From Balanoglossus misakiensis (Eukaryota > Animalia > Hemichordata), in contig CM082588.2 in the NCBI GenBank assembly GCA_040954595.2, positions 3,722,156-3,786,155 on the forward strand: a stretch of 64,000 nt of DNA. Reading direction: 5' to 3'. Under the pieces are notes generated by a model. The model was not told the DNA's origin. It searched no databases and saw nothing but the letters and a program-made list of their open reading frames with translations. This document shows positions 26,138 to 38,676 of the stretch, piece after piece. Within the stretch, counting starts at the first letter, position 1, and every line of letters begins with the position of its first letter. A program made the position numbers and the translations under genes.

Positions 26138-29100
26138 CTAGTTACGGATGCGGACCTCTTGCATAGTTACGGACCTCATTCTACTGGATATGGTATCATG
26201 ACAACTTGAATCAATCTATCGAAAAGTTCGCTTCACTAACGCATTAATACCAACGCACAAATGCTTACTTCAATAGGGCCTACTGTCAAGTTTATTTCCA
26301 TGGGCCAATTCAAGTCAAACAGCTGGACCAAGAAATGCAAGCATGTCAGTGGTCGATGTATTTGTCCATCTTCAATTTTGACCGCCAAACCGACCCTAAC
26401 CGGGCCAAAACACAGCAAATAAGCCTAAACTCTTAAAAGTACTAGCAAACGGACCCAAACCTATCCACGTTTTTATCCGTTTAGGGAGCATTCGTTTTTT
26501 ACAGGGAGGGGGGGGGGGCGGTGGAATTTGAGTCGCCGACTAAATGTAAAAGGCAACCCCCCCCCTGGAAATTACTTTTCTAAAATGTGACCCCCCCCCC
26601 CAAAAAAAAAGTTTATCCACCGGATTAAACTTATCAAACTTTGTCAGATATTGGTGTATGTTCGACATACCACATAATCAACCATGAAACCTAGTTCCTT
26701 GATTTCCAAGTAGTGCATTGTCTGCCTGATCTTGTTACGTGAAAGAGTTCATTTTCAATGTCGCCCCTATCACTTTCTGAGTCACTTTCCGCTGAATCAC
26801 CTAGTTCACCTATCACTACATGTTCATCTTCTGGTTCACTGTCCTCGTCCAAGTCATCCTCTTCATCCTCCTGCTCATCCTCCTCTTTGTCCCTCTCATG
26901 GTTTACTCTGAGACTTTCCAGAGTTGTTTGACACAGTTTCCGGCCAATGTGCGCTTCAACTATTTTCAGTTTGTCTTTTTTCAGCATCTTTTTCTCTGTT
27001 GTCAATTTATGTCTGTTCATTTACATGTCTACTGAACATTGTTTTTATTTTTTAAGTATTTGTATTCTGTGTTGGGAGACATTGTAAACCGAGAATTGAA
27101 GGGGGTGGGTTTGAAAATTTTATAAAATACAGAGCTCAAAGCTGCATTTTAATGAACCCAGCAAAAGCAAATTAACGTCGCCGCTCAAAGTTATCATGGG
27201 GTGGGGGCAAGTCCCCTGACCTGGGACATTAGATAAACCAGTCAATGATTGAAAGGTGTTGATGAATGGAGGGGGTGGGTGTGGGAGGGGGTGTCCCCCT
27301 CCCACATTAGAAAATTTTGTAAAATAAAGGACGCGAAACTGCATTTTTGTGGACTCAAAATAAATATTTAGCCGTCAAAGTTTTCAAGTCCCCCCCCTTT
27401 CAGTCCCTATATAATAATCCCTTGATTATAAAATTTGTCCCCCCCTAAAAACTGCTTTGTAAAAGTAAACCCCCCCCCCCTGATTTCCACCGCCCCCCCC
27501 CCTCCCTGTAAAAAACGAATGCTCCCTTAACGTAAATTGTCTACTTCTTAATGTTCTGGGCCATTTCGCTCTGAAGTTATATTTCATCTCACGGGCTATA
27601 TACACGTAATCGAATCGCATACTTCTGAGGACTTGGTCACTTTGATGTCCAGGGCGATTTTGCCAAACTGGTGGTTAAATTCATCAAAAGATAACAGATA
27701 ACTGTTCTCCGAAAGTCCACAGTACAGTTTGTACATGTTCCGATTGGCCAAGCCAATTAAAACGAAAGGAGTTCATCTTTGTGTACCTTTCGCGCTGGGG
27801 GCGACATTTTTGGCCAGGTCCGGCTAATCAAAATGTCAGGAATTTGAAGATAATTCCTTTGAGCAGTAAAACTAGCCTTTGTTGTTTTCCAGTATTTGTC
27901 TCACGCAATGGCAGGTGTGTGGTGATTGTGCCTGGATTCTTGAGACAATGATTGGATGGCCCTGAAGGACATCGATCGGCGTTTTTTTGTCGTTGATCAA
28001 TCTGGTCATTGACCACTCTCGCCCGATTGGGTATTATGTAATATGTAAATGCGCACATCCCCAGTAGGTAGGCGTTGTCACTTTTCTGGTGCATCGCCGA
28101 TGGGTTGATGATCGTCAAACTGACCAGAAAGCGTGCGTTCCCGCATGGAGGTAACTTTGGCGATCGCGAAGATGCACAGAATAGTGAAGACCACATGAAC
28201 CTGGTAGGTGCACCACATCACATGGTATTACATGACACCCTGCCTCCGCAATATTCATTGCCATTGTTTATCAATATCAACAGCTGCAGAAGGCATGTTT
28301 AGATGTGTCACGCCTTTGAAGCTATGGAGACTGCTGACATAAAATATAGGCATATTCCCAATCGTTCAATTAACATTCAACCGAGGATACCTTACTTGCT
28401 CATCGTAATAACATTTGCGAAATTACGTCAGAGATTTGTTGTCTTTGCTTTGTTTATGAGAGACACGGATTGTAGTCTACTAGTAGAAAGTGGTTTAGCT
28501 ATACCCACGCACGGTCACTCCATGTGATTCAAAGTTAACCCAAATTGTCGGAGCTGCACAAACCAAACCAAAGAAAACGGATTCGCGCCACATCTTAATT
28601 GTATTTATCTACCCGTCGATGTGCAGCAAGTCTGGTAATCCCCACATGTTATCACCAGATTTATTTTTAAAGTCCCCATCGTCACCTGCGGGCGCTCGTC
28701 CCATTTCATTAAAGTTTACATGCTGACAGTTTGGATACAATACACATGTACAAATCATACATTTTTCATATTAACTGCAATAGGAAATATATGGGGATAA
28801 CCACTTGTAGTCCAAGGGCTATAGAATACCATTCAAGCAAATTCTGCATCGATGTGATTTTGGTGTTATCATAATTGACGTGGAAGCACCTCCACGTATT
28901 GAACGCAGGATGGAATTCCCAGCAAGGACGATTTCACTTATTTGTTTCGGTTGGAAAAACGCCAACACCAAACAGAAATGATAACAAAAGATGAATGGGA
29001 CGATTCTGTTTAATTATTAGCAAGTATTTTCGATATAAACAATTTATAGTGTTGGAATTAGGTAACTAGAACGTTAACTGATATACTTTTGGCCTTCGAC

Positions 29101-29481
29101 ACATTCTTTACCTTGATGGTGAAACAATGAACGGATAATTCAATGAATTAAACAAACTTTTCTCCGTTGCAATAACCTGTCTTCTATTCAGTTCGGATTC
29201 GTACTCAGAATAAAACGGGAATAAAAAGAAAGACTGTGTTTACTCCGGGCGATAATGACATGCCACATGGGCGCAGTCACTGCATCTATAGTGACCGTGT
29301 TTTGAACCGGTATGTCAGTCGCCGCAAGGTCAAGCGACGTCAGAACGAGGAGTGCCCAATTACTATTGTCTTGCGATTGGTACAAACTTCGGATTGTTTG
29401 TGCTACAGAAACAATGCAGACCCAGTAATAAACTGCAAACGGCAAAGCTCTGACGCTTGCGGTGACGAACATCATGGTCAT
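26138..29481 (-). pseudogene. Candidate decayed multi-exon gene of unknown product
   Basis: Phase-compatible exon-like blocks 29244-29481, 28613-28685, 27623-28200 (needs two frameshifts), 26269-26424 and 26138-26215 with GT/AG ends. No family recognised. Confidence 0.25.
26484..27526. mobile_element. ~1.04-kb non-autonomous DNA transposon with TTA duplication (PIF/Harbinger-like)
   Basis: TTA|GGGAGCATTCGTTTTTTACAGGGAG(G)nCGGTGGAA at the left and TTCCACCG(C)nTCCCTGTAAAAAACGAATGCTCCC|TTA at the right: ~43-bp TIR with 3-bp TSD. Internal acidic ORF fragment at 26691-27020. Confidence 0.85.
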
Positions 29482-32400
29482 GTTTGCACGGGATTGTTTA
29501 TGTACACATAACCGGCGGCAGGCGCCATGATAAGTTTGTTAACAACAACATCGCGATGCCTCGATATTTTTATTTATTAATTATACCACGGTTACTTGAA
29601 AAGTAGTAACCGTGATTATACCATTCGACTAAAATAAACGAATCGTTTTACTTTTTCAAAATTGACTATGGAAAGTTACAAGTAAACGAAGACAACAGTA
29701 GGTGTGGCCTCGGTACATTTCCACGGTATCCGTGCTATCGCCTCCTGTGACCTTGAAATGTTGCAATCGAGCCCTACATATGTCATGCGCATGCGTGTTT
29801 TTAAGTGCTTTGTCAATTATGTTTATGCTCATCGGCCGTTCTCTGGGTTAAAAACCGTCGCACACAGAAGAACGAAGCCACCAGGGTAGATATGTACTTC
29901 CAGACCGCTCCCATCGTGACCGTGGCGATGTGCATGAAATCCCGCTCCAAGAGAATCGATATGGTCGTCTACCCCCAGTTTTTAATCAGTTGAACAGTAA
30001 CCAAGTCGAACTACCCATCTTCTCGAAAATCTTTTCTAAAAGGTAAGCGAGCGCACCGATTCGCAGCCTGTTGTTTGTGTGTTCCTCCATATTGGATCTT
30101 TCTTCCGCAGCGGTTGCGTCAGACAGACGGAGGAGGCTTTTTGAAAGCCTTTCGAGGTCTTTTTTCGCACATCAGATGCCCGTTTCGTTGTCTTGAACAT
30201 CGACGGAAAAGCTTGTACAGTTTTATTCCGCCAACTCGTTCGTTTTAAGGGAAGAAAGTTCATGTATGTCACGAAAAGTCAATTGATTTTTTTTTCATTT
30301 AAAGGGATGCCTTGGGGACAGTTTTTCAATTTGTTTATGTTGTTAAACGACATGTTATTGATTTCTTAAACTTCTATTGTTTGAATGTGAAGTGTACTGT
30401 GTAGTTTGAATGCCGGGCGGATTTTCGCAATTTCACTTCTTTGCTGGAATCGCAGTCGCCATTGCGCAGTTCGCTGATACAGTATTTGCTCAAATGACGC
30501 ACTTCTATTAGTTAAATATTTTCCAGTACACTCCGTCTTTTTTCCCGGATTTATTCCGTTTCGTCTCTTCCTCGTCTGAAAATGTCAAATGCCGACTCAA
30601 ACCTTCACCCAGAAAAAAATGAACTAAGCCCGGGTTTTCTAACGGGGGTTGAACTCTCTTGAGCAAAACAGCGGCGGCGCGAGAATGGCAGAGAATATGC
30701 CAGAATGGCGTAAACAAAACGTCAGTGAGCAGTCAGCTGATCGCCCTCTAACAGTCAGCTGTGCGTGGGACGAACCGACCTTGTGTGCCAAGTCTGTTTA
30801 CGCAGTCACCCAATGACATCATCGCCTCACGGTGCATTGTTAGCCGCTGCGTGAGTCCTGCTGTACAATCAACGACAAAAAAAATGCCCCCTGCTGGCAA
30901 TAAAAAAATCTCAGGGTCGACATTTCAGATGTATTTCAATCAGAAGAGGTTTGCATCGCATTATTCCCGTCGACATGGCAACGCGCAGTACTTAGTGTAT
31001 GCCGACTCTGCGTGCACTCAGTCGGTGTCAGCCTATTGCGCAATTCCGAAACCAAGGCAAGAAACCTGTAATGTGTAAAATACCAAAGGTTGGAAATCCC
31101 CACACACGCACCATCATTTCTGTCTCACTTCCCCAATGCTGTTACATTTTAACCCGAGCTTCACCGGCCGGCCTCTTTTGACGGATATGATGAATGGGCT
31201 TGTCACTCGAGCAGGTGGCAGCCGAGGTGACCCGACGCAAGGGATGGGCGTGGTCCTACCTGGTAGAGCATTGCAAAACTTGGTATCTCGGGGGGGGGGG
31301 GGGAGGGGATATACCTTTTCTTAGGGAAATGATCGGCACAGCAATCTGCTAACCCCACTTAGTTTTTCTCAGATGCACTATGACGATAACAGGAAAAAAC
31401 TGGGATGAGTGCATACTTAAGGGTGAGTCAGCAGTTTTTTACTCATGATTTTCTCATGACGGGAGAAACCATTGCTGCAAGAGGGGGCATCATAATTCAA
31501 CTCCGTCCTCACACAAGTGGTGAAAACAATACTTTGCCTTTCGGCGTCTGGCAATCATATATTGACCTTTTATTCGTACGATTGTTTGAAAACGAAAAGA
31601 ATGACATGTCAACTGGCGTACTTTCACCCGACAAATTTGTATTCTATCTGCCGGGCATGTCGGGGCGGGGGGGGGGGTGCTCTGAAGGTCACTAGAAGGT
31701 CACCGAATGTCATGTCAGTGCACAACATGGTAAACGGAAATATGCCTCGCGCGATTTTCCTGTCTGATTACACTCATTCGCAATGATAAATATTTGGCCA
31801 GATACTTCTCTTTGTAAGTTGATCATGTTGATTTATACAGGTGGGGGGGGGGGGGGGGTCATTAATGTACCGGTGGGTGCTGTCGTCAATTGGGATTCAG
31901 AACGCCTAAACCGTGGAATTCTGTGCATTTGTCGGCGATAGGTTTTATGATGAGGGTTTGTAATTAGTGCAACTGTCATTGGTTGCTGACAACGGCAGAA
32001 TGCCTGTGTAAAGAAGACCAGTGCGCAAGCGTAGAAGTTTTCCATACAGTATAGGTCTATACAGACAGTTGCCTTTGGTGCATTACTTGACTCTTTCGTG
32101 AGTTTTTTAGCTACTTGAAAATCGCTACCTCCGAAAAAAAATTGAATAGTTTATTTCTGTTTTGTCATCACCAATACTGGTCTGCTTTGGTGAATCGAAT
32201 ATATCATAGACACTCTAGGGGCGTGGCATGGGCGTGGCATCCCTGGCTTTCAGGTAAGTATATCGCCTGGTCCGGTCGTAGGCTGCGTTTTCGCATTTGA
32301 TGTATCTGTTGTCTGTTGTTTGTTTTGAACGGAAGGACCTTCCGGGCCAATCTTTTCAGAAACAGGGGACTGGTCTTAGGTGAAAGAAGACAGCATTAGT

Positions 32401-33937
32401 GCATGAAGAAATGATGGTTTTTGTCTATTCATTCAGCTAAGTGCATTGGGATTGTCAGGAAAATAGCCACAGGATATCTCTGCTTCATTGTCTAAATGCT
32501 CTTTAACAAGTTGGTTTGGAACGTGATGTTATGTGACGTGCTGCTTATTTAGACACTGGGGATTGTCCCTTTGAAAGTATACGGTCGACCTGTGCAAATA
32601 TGGCCAGTAGCCAACCACAGATTTTCACTGGGTGGTCACGCGAAAACAAACCAAATGACGCAGTTTCACAACAAAATTAATTTTGATGATTCCATATATT
32701 ATTGTTTTAGTCTTTTGTTAACGACGATTTTTCACCTGGGGATTTTCTATATAAATGATTACAACCCTTGACCCAATATCATCGCGATTGCTGCAGTGTT
32801 CTGTAAATGACTGCTTGTTTTGTCGTTTACGGATAAGCTTCTGTATAATAGATGAATCGCTAATAGACGAAATAAAGATTGATTGAGAAATATACGTGGC
32901 GCCTGGGAATCGTGCTGGCAAGGACCAGATCAATCTTCACGTATGTATGGTCGTAAACAACACCTCTGCATCCGTCGTCAACAAGTTGTTCTACTTTACG
33001 GTAACAGCGTTGATTTGTGCGCAGCTTTGGTGAGACTGCGCAGGCCTGACGACAGCTCGCAAATGAGCCCCTCTCTCATATTATCAGCAGAAAACTATTG
33101 TCATATTATAAAGGGACAGCGGTGGTGACCTCTGACAATTCTCCAGTGCAATTTGTTCTGTGTATCTATTCCACGTGCTTGCACGGCTTGTGTATAGCCA
33201 GCACTGAAAAATTGTTGACATTTGACTTTCCGTCCGGACTCAGAAATATCTGGCTGAGTTCTGAACATTTCAACATGTGACGAAACTTTGTGTTGCCCGC
33301 AGAGCAAAATTTCTGGAGAACGTCAAGAGGGACGGCTGCTGACCCTTACTTTCCAATTTCAATAAACCATCTTTTCTGCTTGTTTGTACACATTAGCTCT
33401 ATGCTATCCAATAAAGACCACGATACAGCCATCGCACTGTGCGATTGTACAAATCGAGAGAAATCAACGCCAGACCAGGCCAGTATTTCCTCAGAAAATG
33501 CCTATGTCATGAAAGATGTGTAAGTTGCATTTTGAACAAGCTCCCTGCTACGACTTTTCTTTGCACGCTACGAGTTTTGGCAGGCATTTTGAGGAGAACC
33601 ATTGGTAGTCTTCGATACCGACACATTGCAGGACGTAAGTCAACGGGGAGAGTATGGACGCGACCGACGTTTCAAGGGGGTTCGTCGGGAACGAGGATAG
33701 CTCTCTGACGTAAACGTAGGTTGTTTTGGGGAAACTGCATTGAAACAGTGGCTGACGACAAAGTGTACTTGGGAACGTCCACAAATTGTTGATTGTTTCT
33801 TTCCGTTTTGGTTGTTTTTTTCTCGTCCCTCCAGGCATCGCCCTCTCAACGAAAAGTGTCGGTGAAGGTATTGCTTTGTGCAGGACAACGATTCTACCCG
33901 CGACAATTGTCTATTGGTCTCGCCTTCAACAAGAAGT

Positions 33938-35893
33938 ATGTTGCGTACAGCACTGTTGCGTTCGCTGGAAAGAGTTCCAGCGCCTCTGGCTGGACGCGTG
34001 TTCCCAGCCATCTCTGTCTTCTCTCGACGCCAACACGGTGCTCCGACAGACCTGAACTTGTGTCCAGTGACTAAGAAAAAGTCTCTGCCGAGGCTTGTGG
34101 ATCTAAGAAATGGACAAAAAGTAAGCTTCTGTCCGAATTAAAGGGCATATTTGATTAAACTTTGTCTAGTTTGGTTACTTTGACAGTACGTATTCATTGT
34201 CTTTCTTGGAGGGGAAACGACTGATCATTTATTCATGAATCCATTTTGCAGGTCAAATCTACGTTCTCCAAAGAGGAGATGGACCGTCGTGTGGGCGGAC
34301 TTCGCAGCCATATGGAGGAAAATGGCTTGGTCGCCAGTCTGTTCACCTCATATCACAACATCAACTACTTCAGTGATTTTCTCTACTGTTCCTTCGGTCG
34401 GCCATACGCACTGATCGTCACAATGGATATGACCATCAGCGTCTCCGCCAATATAGATGGAGGGCAGCCGTGGCGCCGTAGCCATGGCGACAATGTCTCG
34501 TACACCGACTGGCACAAGGACAATTTTTATTTCGCCGTTGGGGAGGTCCTGAGAGGCTACATGGGTAAAGTGGGCATCGAGTACGACCACATGCCGCTGG
34601 ACAATTTCAAGAAATTCGAAAAGGCCCTACCAGTGCGCCCTCTCGTTGACGTCGGCGAGGCTGCCATGGCGATGAGGATGAAGAAGTCCCCTGAAGAGAT
34701 CGCCCTGATCAAAGAGGGCGCTCGCATTGCTGACTTGGGCGGCTGGGCATGCGTAGATGCCCTGGAGGAAGGGGTCGGTGAACACGAGGTGGCTCTGGCG
34801 GGAACCCAGGCTATGGTCCGAGAAATCGCCAACTCGTTTCCCCATGCAGAATTACGAGACAGTAAGTACCAGTCAGTGAAGAGCGATTGTCTCTTGAGGC
34901 AAAAATGTCCTGGTCGTTCTTTTCGCTCAATTTGACCGGGCTGTTTTGTTCAGTTCGTGAGAGAATAATGTGCAGCATTCTTCAAGTTGCATGCTTCAGA
35001 AATGATGCACATCACAGTATTCTTACTGACCACAGGTCATCAAAACTATTTGTCATGTTATTTATCAGAGCTGGTGTTTTTATTTCAGCATGGGTATGGT
35101 TCCAATCTGGTCTGAACACTGATGGAGCACACAACCCTGTTACAAGTCGACGCATCCAGAAGGGCGATATACTTAGTCTGAATTGCTTTCCAATGATAGC
35201 TGGGTAAGTTTTGCTTGTTGCATGCTGTAACTGGTCAGTCAATCACGCATGGTTTCAGCAAACCGAGCGTTGTGACAGGAAGGTGAATATGCCTTACCAT
35301 ATGTGATACAAATGCTGATCGTCTTCATTGGTATATTTTGCCAGGTATTACACCGCCCTGGAGCGGACCATGTTCTACGACCACGTGCCCTCCGAGCGCC
35401 ACTTGGAATTGTGGGAAATCAACTGCGAAGTTCACCGGAAGGGGCTCGAGCTGATCCAGCCAGGCGTCCGATGCTGCGACATCGCCTCAGAGCTGAACGA
35501 GATATACGCCAAGTACGATTTGTTGAAGTACCGGACCTTCGGTTATGGCCACTCCTTCGGAACGCTGTGCCACTACTATGGACGAGAAGCCGGTAAGCTC
35601 ATCCTCTCTCAACAGCACGTTCTAGCCCAGTGTCCAACTTTGCTGATAGACCATTCTCTAAAATCTGTGTTTGTCTTTTCCCATCAATTCCAGGTCTTGA
35701 ATTGAGAGAAGACGTCGAGACAATACTGGAGCCGGGAATGGTTGTCTCCATGGAGCCCATGATCATGATTCCAGAGGGTCTTCCCGGAGCAGGCGGATAC
35801 CGGGAGCACGATATTCTCGTCGTCACCGAAGATGGCAACGTAAATATCACCAAATTCCCATTCGGACCAGAGCACCTGATTGTGAAGAAGTAA
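33938..35893 (+). CDS. Creatinase (creatine amidinohydrolase, M24 pita-bread fold) with a putative mitochondrial presequence, ~451 aa
   Basis: Exons 33938-34120, 34252-34861, 35089-35203, 35345-35592 and 35694-35893 join in frame (1356 nt). Motifs recalled from bacterial creatinase: LRNGQKVKSTFS, FTSYHNINYFSDFLYCSFGRPYAL, SANIDGGQPWRR, WFQSGLNTDGAHNP (catalytic His), LNCFPMIAGYYTALERT, YRTFGYGHSFG, HYYGREAGLELRED, SMEPMI, GAGGYREHDIL. Confidence 0.95.
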
Positions 35894-35921
35894 TCCGAAC
35901 TGTTGTCCTTGCCTTCGATTG

Positions 35922-36006
35922 TTAACCTGTCCAACCCGTTGGGTTTATTTTTTGCCTGTGCGAAGCCTGGGTTTCCCCCAATCGAGCAATGGGTTTAAGG
36001 GGTTAA
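35922..36006. mobile_element. Miniature TTAA-flanked inverted-repeat element (piggyBac-like remnant) in the creatinase 3' region
   Basis: TTAACC..AACCCGTTG ... CAATGGGTT..GGTTAA; imperfect TIR. Confidence 0.4.
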
Positions 36007-38556
36007 AAAATGGCAGCAGAACTCACAAAAATTCTGCTGTACAAGATTTAGATGTTTGGTGAATCGTCAAGCCAATGCCACTCTCATAATCGTCACAGTG
36101 CTTTGTATACGTATATTGTGGGTAGCATAGCATAACATAGCTGTAGAGGTGGAAAATTGAGAAATTCTGACGGATCATTTATGAAGCTGCAAATTGTGGC
36201 AATCATCTTCGACTGTTCGGTCAAGTGAGACCAGATTCATCCTTGATTTATTTCAAACAATTGAACACTTTATCTTATTAAACCTCTGTAAGTTGTCTTT
36301 ATCTTTCCCTATTTCAGTCGAATAACATTTTGCCAGTTTGTAGAACAGTCAATATTTTAATAATTAGATGAAATTTCGCGTTTCGTCCATAAAAAAAGTT
36401 TTAAAAATATTAAAAAACATGACATTTCGGACAGAGTTTGTAATAAAGTGTCCACTCAGAGGAAATTGCCGAAGAATCACATAGAGATAATTTTATCGAG
36501 ATGGCAATTTTGAATTGTAAGAATTTTACGGATGTCAGGGGTCTGTGCAGAGTTGAGTAAGGCCAGTCTCACATGGGGCGGCCCAGGAGATATTCTACAC
36601 CTCTCCTGCCAATGTACTACAGTACAATAGCAGTCAATTTTCTACAGGTGTTGTGGGGAATTTTATTACATGTACCTCACAACACTCAATGACCAATCAA
36701 CCAATTAATGTACCAACTGCTCTGCGTCACGTGCCGTACCTCAAATATCTACCACTTCTTTAATCTTTTTTCTAGTTCCAAGTGAAATATCCATGATTTA
36801 CTTGTGATTTACTTAGATGTAGAATTTAGACAATTCATTATTGTTATACTATTAGAATTATGAGATCATGGAAAATTTCCATTGCATGCTTTAAGTTGTT
36901 ACGTAATCTCTCAGTAGTGATTTGTAATTTTACACAACAACACACGTGGTGTAAGAATGTCGCTGTATGTAGCACAATATTTTTTCAAGTTATCAATATC
37001 AGTGTACTTCATTAAAATTTTAAAGTGCACTTAGTTGGTAATTTGTGCATGGCAGAGTTTGTTGATATTTCTCTCCTCCAATATATGGCACGCCATATTG
37101 TTTTATTATACGCATGCGGCGGTTCCCAGCGACTAACTGAACCATGAAACTTTCATTTAGTTGTATAGTCGCCCCGTGTTTTCTTCTGAAATTCTAAGTA
37201 TTACATGTACCAGAAAATAAAAAAAAATCTCACCTTTTACTTGCACATTGGCACGTAAGTTGAACTCTCACCTCTGGATCTGTATACCATGACGTCATGG
37301 GTTTTAGGAAATGGGGTCTGGGGAGAGTGGTATTGGTTGATGTAGGTTAGTTAAAAAGCCACACCATAGATTTTTATTGTTAGGCATTATTTTTTGGCGA
37401 TCACACGTTCTCGGATCAATCAGAACTTTTTGAGAATGGGCATATTTTTCAAGGAGCAAGATGTATTCAATGACGAATGTAGTATTTGTTGAAAAAAAAA
37501 TTAATTGTATTTACGACGGTCGGTCCGTGTTAACAGGGTGATCAGTAATGGACAGCCATGATATCGGGAATTCATAGTATTCCTCTAACATTTGTAGAGT
37601 GAGGTTTGTAAACAGCACGTCTATTCCAGAGCGGTGCGCTTTGTCTCGAAGGTGACAGTGTGCAATGCACCTGAAGATTTAGTTGACAAAGGAAATTGAG
37701 CAGTCAGAAGCAACCTAGCGAGACCACTTCACATCACATCAGCTCAAACTTCGAGTCTGATTTACAATGTGAAAGTCCACTGGGATAGCATATAACCAAC
37801 TTGTGGTATCGTTGGAAACTGAAATTTTCAGAGTTTTGTCCCTTATGCAGCTTTTTAGTGTATCACTGTAAGTGACGGTGACGTAAGCCGCGTATTGGTG
37901 GTATGCTATTACGTCATGATTTAAATTTGATCGCGTGCACCTGGAGTCTGATCCATTATCACAACGCATTGGTCCAGTATCGCAGCACGTACACGGTCAC
38001 GGTAAAAATACCGGTACCTTTTAAACCATTTAATGTTAATTACATTTGTCAGACAAGAAAACTTCTCATCGCAATGGATGAATGTTCAGTGCGGCTGGAC
38101 TTCTGTCATATGAGAATGGACAGATGTATTCTTTTTTTCGTATGGTTGCCTTCTTTTTGAAATGCTGGAGGTGGACCGTTTGTATCAATGGGTCCAGTAT
38201 GACCATTTTGGAGATCTGATACTTCGGATTTAGCAACTCTTGAATAAAATTTAATTAGCTTATCTGTTCAAATGAGCAGAGTCTTTATATGTAATCTTCA
38301 AAATGTTCTTGCTGAGAAGTTTTGTTCCTGCAGGTAGCTTGTTTTACATTTATTTTTCATGCAATGTTGCAAATAAAAACCTCATCATTTTAAAGTCAGT
38401 GTCGAAGTGTTCATCGATTTGTCAATCAATATGTCGCCGTGTAGACTCGCCTACTGGAAGCTAACTCACCTTATTACACCAAGTCTCGGTGACCCAGCCC
38501 CTCTGCTGGGGGTCGCTGTGCCAGACCAAATGCTACTGTGTTGCGCCATGTTGGAA

Positions 38557-38676
38557 ATCGCGTGGGGTTGTGGGATATATCCCAATTACAACCGCAGTGT
38601 TGAGGGGTCAAACTTACTTTTGACCCTCCAGTAGTGTGGTTACAATTAGGATATATATCCCACAACGCCCTGCGAT
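38557..38676. repeat. ~120-bp imperfect palindrome/hairpin
   Basis: ATCGCGTGGGGTTGTGGGATATAT...GGGTCAAA pairs with TTTGACCC...ATATATCCCACAACGCCCTGCGAT. Confidence 0.7.

Noticed and set aside
29830-30110. Exon-like plus-strand segment ending AAG|GTAAGC
   Set aside because: The frame open to the donor has no ATG and no downstream partner was found; at most a non-coding exon.
33938-35893. Creatinase as bacterial contamination or chimeric assembly
   Set aside because: Four spliceosomal introns with correct phases and host-like flanks.
23498-35893. MPC2 plus creatinase as a functional mitochondrial gene cluster
   Set aside because: They are ~9 kb apart with unrelated sequence between, and MPC2's position is explained by its linkage to DCAF6.
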